Assembly (NCBI GenBank): GCA_011109175.1 | Contig: RDEW01000018.1 | Coordinates: 78,895 to 142,894 of the forward strand | DNA length: 64,000 nt | DNA from: Dicyema japonicum | Taxonomy: Eukaryota; Animalia; Dicyemida | Direction of reading: 5' to 3' | Shown: positions 60,401 through 64,000 of the stretch, one piece after another | Layout: each line of letters begins with the position of its first letter | How positions within the stretch are numbered: position 1 is the stretch's first letter | Translations under genes and position numbers: made by a program | The notes under the pieces: model-generated | The model's database searches: none | Seen by the model: only the letters and a program-made list of their open reading frames with translations | What the model was told of the DNA's origin: nothing

Positions 60401-61990
60401 TTTTGCTGTGCTCCTCCATAGTACCCATAGCTTTTCAGAATCCACGACGTTCCTCTTTCATGAGAATTTAGAGAGGCGTGGGCTTATTTCCCAATTTACG
60501 TGTATTGGTGGCTTCTATCGCTGATTAATAGAAGCGATCGGATTTAGAGCCATTTTTGCTCTTAGGAAATTTATCTTGTACAAATTTGAAGTTGAAATTC
60601 CGTAAGCTCAGGACGCACAGGAATACTTTACCGTCGACTTTAAGAATTGATGCTATAATATGGCATCACATTCCTGTGACTGCTGGGTCATGGAGTTTAG
60701 AATGGTTTTGACGACGTTGAGTTTCCAGAGACCCCTCCAGAATGTCCTTCACATGTTGGAAGAAAGAGAGCAAAAGGTCCACGGTCACTCCCAGTATCCT
60801 TGGATGTGTTTTCATTTGAATAATGTCACCATGAAGGCTAATCTCTAGCGTATCCTTTTTTCTTCGATGAAGGTGAGGCTTTCGATTTTTCTGGTTTTAA
60901 TACGAGTATGAAATGTGAATTCTTTCGTTTGAGGACAAATTAAAAATTGAAGTAATCGATCTGATTGCACTCTTTTCGAGATACTTTCGCAGAATTTTAG
61001 GAATTCATCTGGACCTAACATACTTCTTCGTGGATCTTATAGTTTGTGTAACCTCGGCATGCGTAGAAAGTTCGATCCGTGAGGATGATTTAGGTACCAA
61101 ATTACGTAGGCGATAAGAGTGAGTCTTCAAAAAGTCCTTGTGACTTATAGAGGCGTAATAGTTCATCAGGTTATTAGCTTCCTTAATATTTTGATTAGGG
61201 CGAGATTCTGACTCTTTGATATGTTTAATTTGATTCTACGGATAGTATTCCAAAATAATGTAGATTTCATTTGTCCAATAGATGATAATAGTAGGTTCCA
61301 AGAATTTTCTTTGTTTTGATGAGGTTTGTGATTTTTTGATTCAGACATATTATATTCTTCAGGTCAGATAAGGTAAGAGGTTGGTTCATCTTCAGAGCGT
61401 TACTTTTCTTTATAAGGGAACGAATTTCGGAGTCGAGCTTAGTGTTATAGTATTTATATACAGCTCGGGGGACAAACTGGTTTTCTGCTCTGATGAGTAC
61501 ACGGTTTAGTTGAAACTGCCATGTCGATAGGATCAAATGTGCAATGATCGAATCCCATTAGGTTACAGTCAACGAATAGCTTGAAATTTGGCGAATCTGC
61601 TTTCTTATAGTTATTGAAAGGTTAAAATTCTGGTGTGCGCCTCGACATATTGCCTCTCTTGTGTGTCGATTGAGTAGGCAGCCATATAATATTTCCCAGT
61701 TCATGGTGTTTATCCAGTTTTGGGACTTTGGTTCTAGGGCGGGATCTAGGCGGGGGGATTTATAAGTTGATCAAAATGAAGTGACCTGAACCATTAAAGA
61801 TATCAATCGACATTTTTTCAGCGGTTGTCATGTAAAATTATATTGTTCACTCGTATGTTCACATCAGAGTAGGTCAAACCGTTTTTAATGATGGTAAGTA
61901 GCCAACCTACACTTTTAAGTCGGTCTTTTTTGATGCCGTGTATCCAGTCAAGAATAAATGTAATATAGAGGATAACAGTATTTTTTTAAT
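60400..61990 (-). mobile_element. Vingi-like fragments (APE, linker, RT C-terminus)
   Basis: LTIIKNG, NIYIPP-like, KADSPNF and HPRILGVTVD motifs. Confidence 0.7.
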
Positions 61991-62009
61991 CAAGAACACA
62001 AATAGATAA

Positions 62010-62590
62010 TTTAATTACTCTATTAATTAAGTGATCTCGAAGGCCTCAATCAGATTTCTCATCCTTTCCTTGTGCGCCCTCTAGGATCCAAAAGCTTCTC
62101 TGTGTGTGGGATGATCTGGGGAATAGAAATTGGAGAGGAGTGATGTATACCCTTTTCATAAGACTCGTCCTGGCTGTGTACTGCTGGGAGTTGCATTTCA
62201 TGCACGTGGCAGCAAATCCCTTCTATTTGTCGGATAAGGTCTTCAAGTCATTAGTTTTTCTAGTTTCCCGAGATTACTAATGTTAGTGGTTGTCTGAATG
62301 TCGCCTATTTTTTGTTTGTTCGTCCAGGAGATTGATTCCCCATGACGCAAAAGCATAGCTGACAGATGGCTCAATGAATTGTTTGTACAATAATTTTGAT
62401 GTTGAAAAAGGGGTCTTAATGCCATCAAAAATAGATTTGATTATCCATAGCTTTCTTGAGCAGCTTCCAGCGATACCGTCGACATGAGAGGAAAAGGACA
62501 TGTATGTGTCGAAGGTGATCCCCAAGATTTTCAATTTCTTCGTGCAAAGTATTTTTTTCTGGTTGATAAATATATCCATGGTCATTTGTC
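62010..62590 (-). mobile_element. Vingi-like 3' portion
   Basis: KILGITFD and LYKQFIEPSVSYA; paralog of 46930-47520. Confidence 0.85.
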
Positions 62591-62789
62591 CATGTTGTTC
62601 ATCTGACGTAAATAAGGAAGAAGATGATTTTTCTGTAGATATATCAAGCCAGTTATAATTTAGACAAATTTGAATCTTGTGAAGGTATTCTTGTAGTCTT
62701 TCTGATGCCTTTAGGAGATCTTGATCGCGGGATCCGACTAATAGGTAATTAACATATGATAGGAGGACATATATAAGTTAAATAAGGCA

Positions 62790-63400
62790 AGTGATAAATG
62801 AAAACCTATGGACACCATTTGTTAGTTATCTCGAAACTGATTTGATCCCATCTATGTCTTTCTTCCACCCAGGTTCTTCTTCCATTGTGAAGTTAGCAAG
62901 CCAGAGTTTTATATTGTGGTTGACGAAGAAGCCAAAAATTGTCGGGTTAAGATTTTCCTGAGACAGAGTCGAAGACCTTCTGTAAATCGACAGAGCAAAC
63001 AACGGTTTTGAGGTGGCGAGGATTTTTGTTGAAGCCTTCAAGGATAAGTTTATCCAAATAATTTTGATAAGATGCATAGTAAAGAGATTGGTTGAAATGA
63101 TTCAGGATTGTCCTTAGGCTCCCCAGCTTAAAAAATTGGGCGCATATATTACAGTTTCCAGATATTTGGAATGGCATTCATGTTTAAAAAATAGTTTAAA
63201 TCACCGTAATTGCATCAATCGCAATGGGTCCGAGATGTTCTGCTCTTTTATGAAAGACCGTAGTTCAAGTATTTTGCTTTTGATTCCATTGATTTTTATC
63301 TGCAAAAATTGAGAGTGGGGACCTGGATTAAGTTCAATGTTACCTGCGAGAATTATTAGAAACCCATAAGAAGTGGAAGAAGCCGTCGTCCGAAGAGTCC
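62790..63400 (-). mobile_element. Internally deleted Vingi-like LINE with 2A-like motif
   Basis: FLIILAGNIELNPGP, then QIKINGIKSKILELR, joined at 63235-63239 to the RT N-terminus (IPNIW, VDLQKVFDSV). Confidence 0.85.
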
Positions 63401-64000
63401 TTCTTCGGATGAAGAGTAGCTAATAGTCTTTTTTCGCGGTCCATTACGTGCACCCTAAACGCCTCCAGAACTTTCATAACTGGTAGACCACATGAAGCCA
63501 CGTTTTACGTAATATGTCCATTTGTGTGCCCACATCAGGGTAGATTAAACCGTTTTTAATGATTGTAATAGCTAACCTACAGTAAAGAATAAATTAAATA
63601 AGAGGGTATAACGGTATTCTACTGCAATGAAACGTAAAGATAATTAAATTGTATATTAAATTAATAATAAAAAATTCAATATTTTAAACATTTTAAGAAA
63701 TAAGCATTCTTGTTGCATTTGTGGCATTTATCTTGTGGCAATTATTCTCATAATTTAGATAAATATAATGTTTTTTCAAACACAATTTTGGTATCGGTTT
63801 ATCAAATGCCCAAAATTGATTCATTTATATAATGTCCCCGACAGTGAGAATTATAATATGAATAAAATAGAAGAAATGTCATCGATTGGAATAAATATAG
63901 TTGATATTACTTTGTAATTTAGTCTTGTTTCGTCTTTAATCTTGTAATTTATTTGTTTGTCCTTATTTTATTATTTGGATATGATAAACTCATATTTTTC

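Noticed and set aside
61488-61520. Hammerhead-like CTGATGAG...GAAAC
   Set aside because: No proper stem II or flanking stems; it is the antisense of LINE coding sequence (QFQLNRVLIRAEN).
63380-63430. Hairpin plus GCTAA as an HDV ribozyme
   Set aside because: On the antisense strand of the element, and no P1/P2/P3 partners were found.

Overview
AT-rich eukaryotic genomic DNA, mostly a dense nested mosaic of decayed transposable elements. These include APE-type LINEs (an Ingi/Vingi-like family with a 2A peptide, an RTE-like family and a two-ORF family), RLE-type LINEs (CRE-like and R4/Dong-like), Tigger/pogo, MULE and a hAT MITE. Small islands hold host genes: COQ9, RMC1, LSM6, DPH5, WDR45B/WIPI-like, SFT2D-like and a probable reticulon-like membrane protein. 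Of 27 introns I could place, 22 are only 21-28 nt. Animal-like proteins plus micro-introns suggest a reduced parasitic animal such as a dicyemid or myxozoan (inference); COQ9 and the intron density argue against microsporidia. The most interesting signal is a linked retroelement system. A TSD-bounded 2.8 kb Vingi-like LINE has a Pr77-like leader and a GDVEANPGP StopGo motif. A roughly 340 bp non-coding partner retroposon (three copies) shares that LINE's 3' stem-loop and has a core that folds by eye, with covariation, into an HDV-ribozyme-like nested double pseudoknot lacking the canonical catalytic signature. A separate tRNA-headed, RTE-tailed SINE is also present. Many frameshifts may be consensus errors. 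All homology calls are from motif recognition by eye; no searches were run, and TE boundaries without TSDs are approximate.
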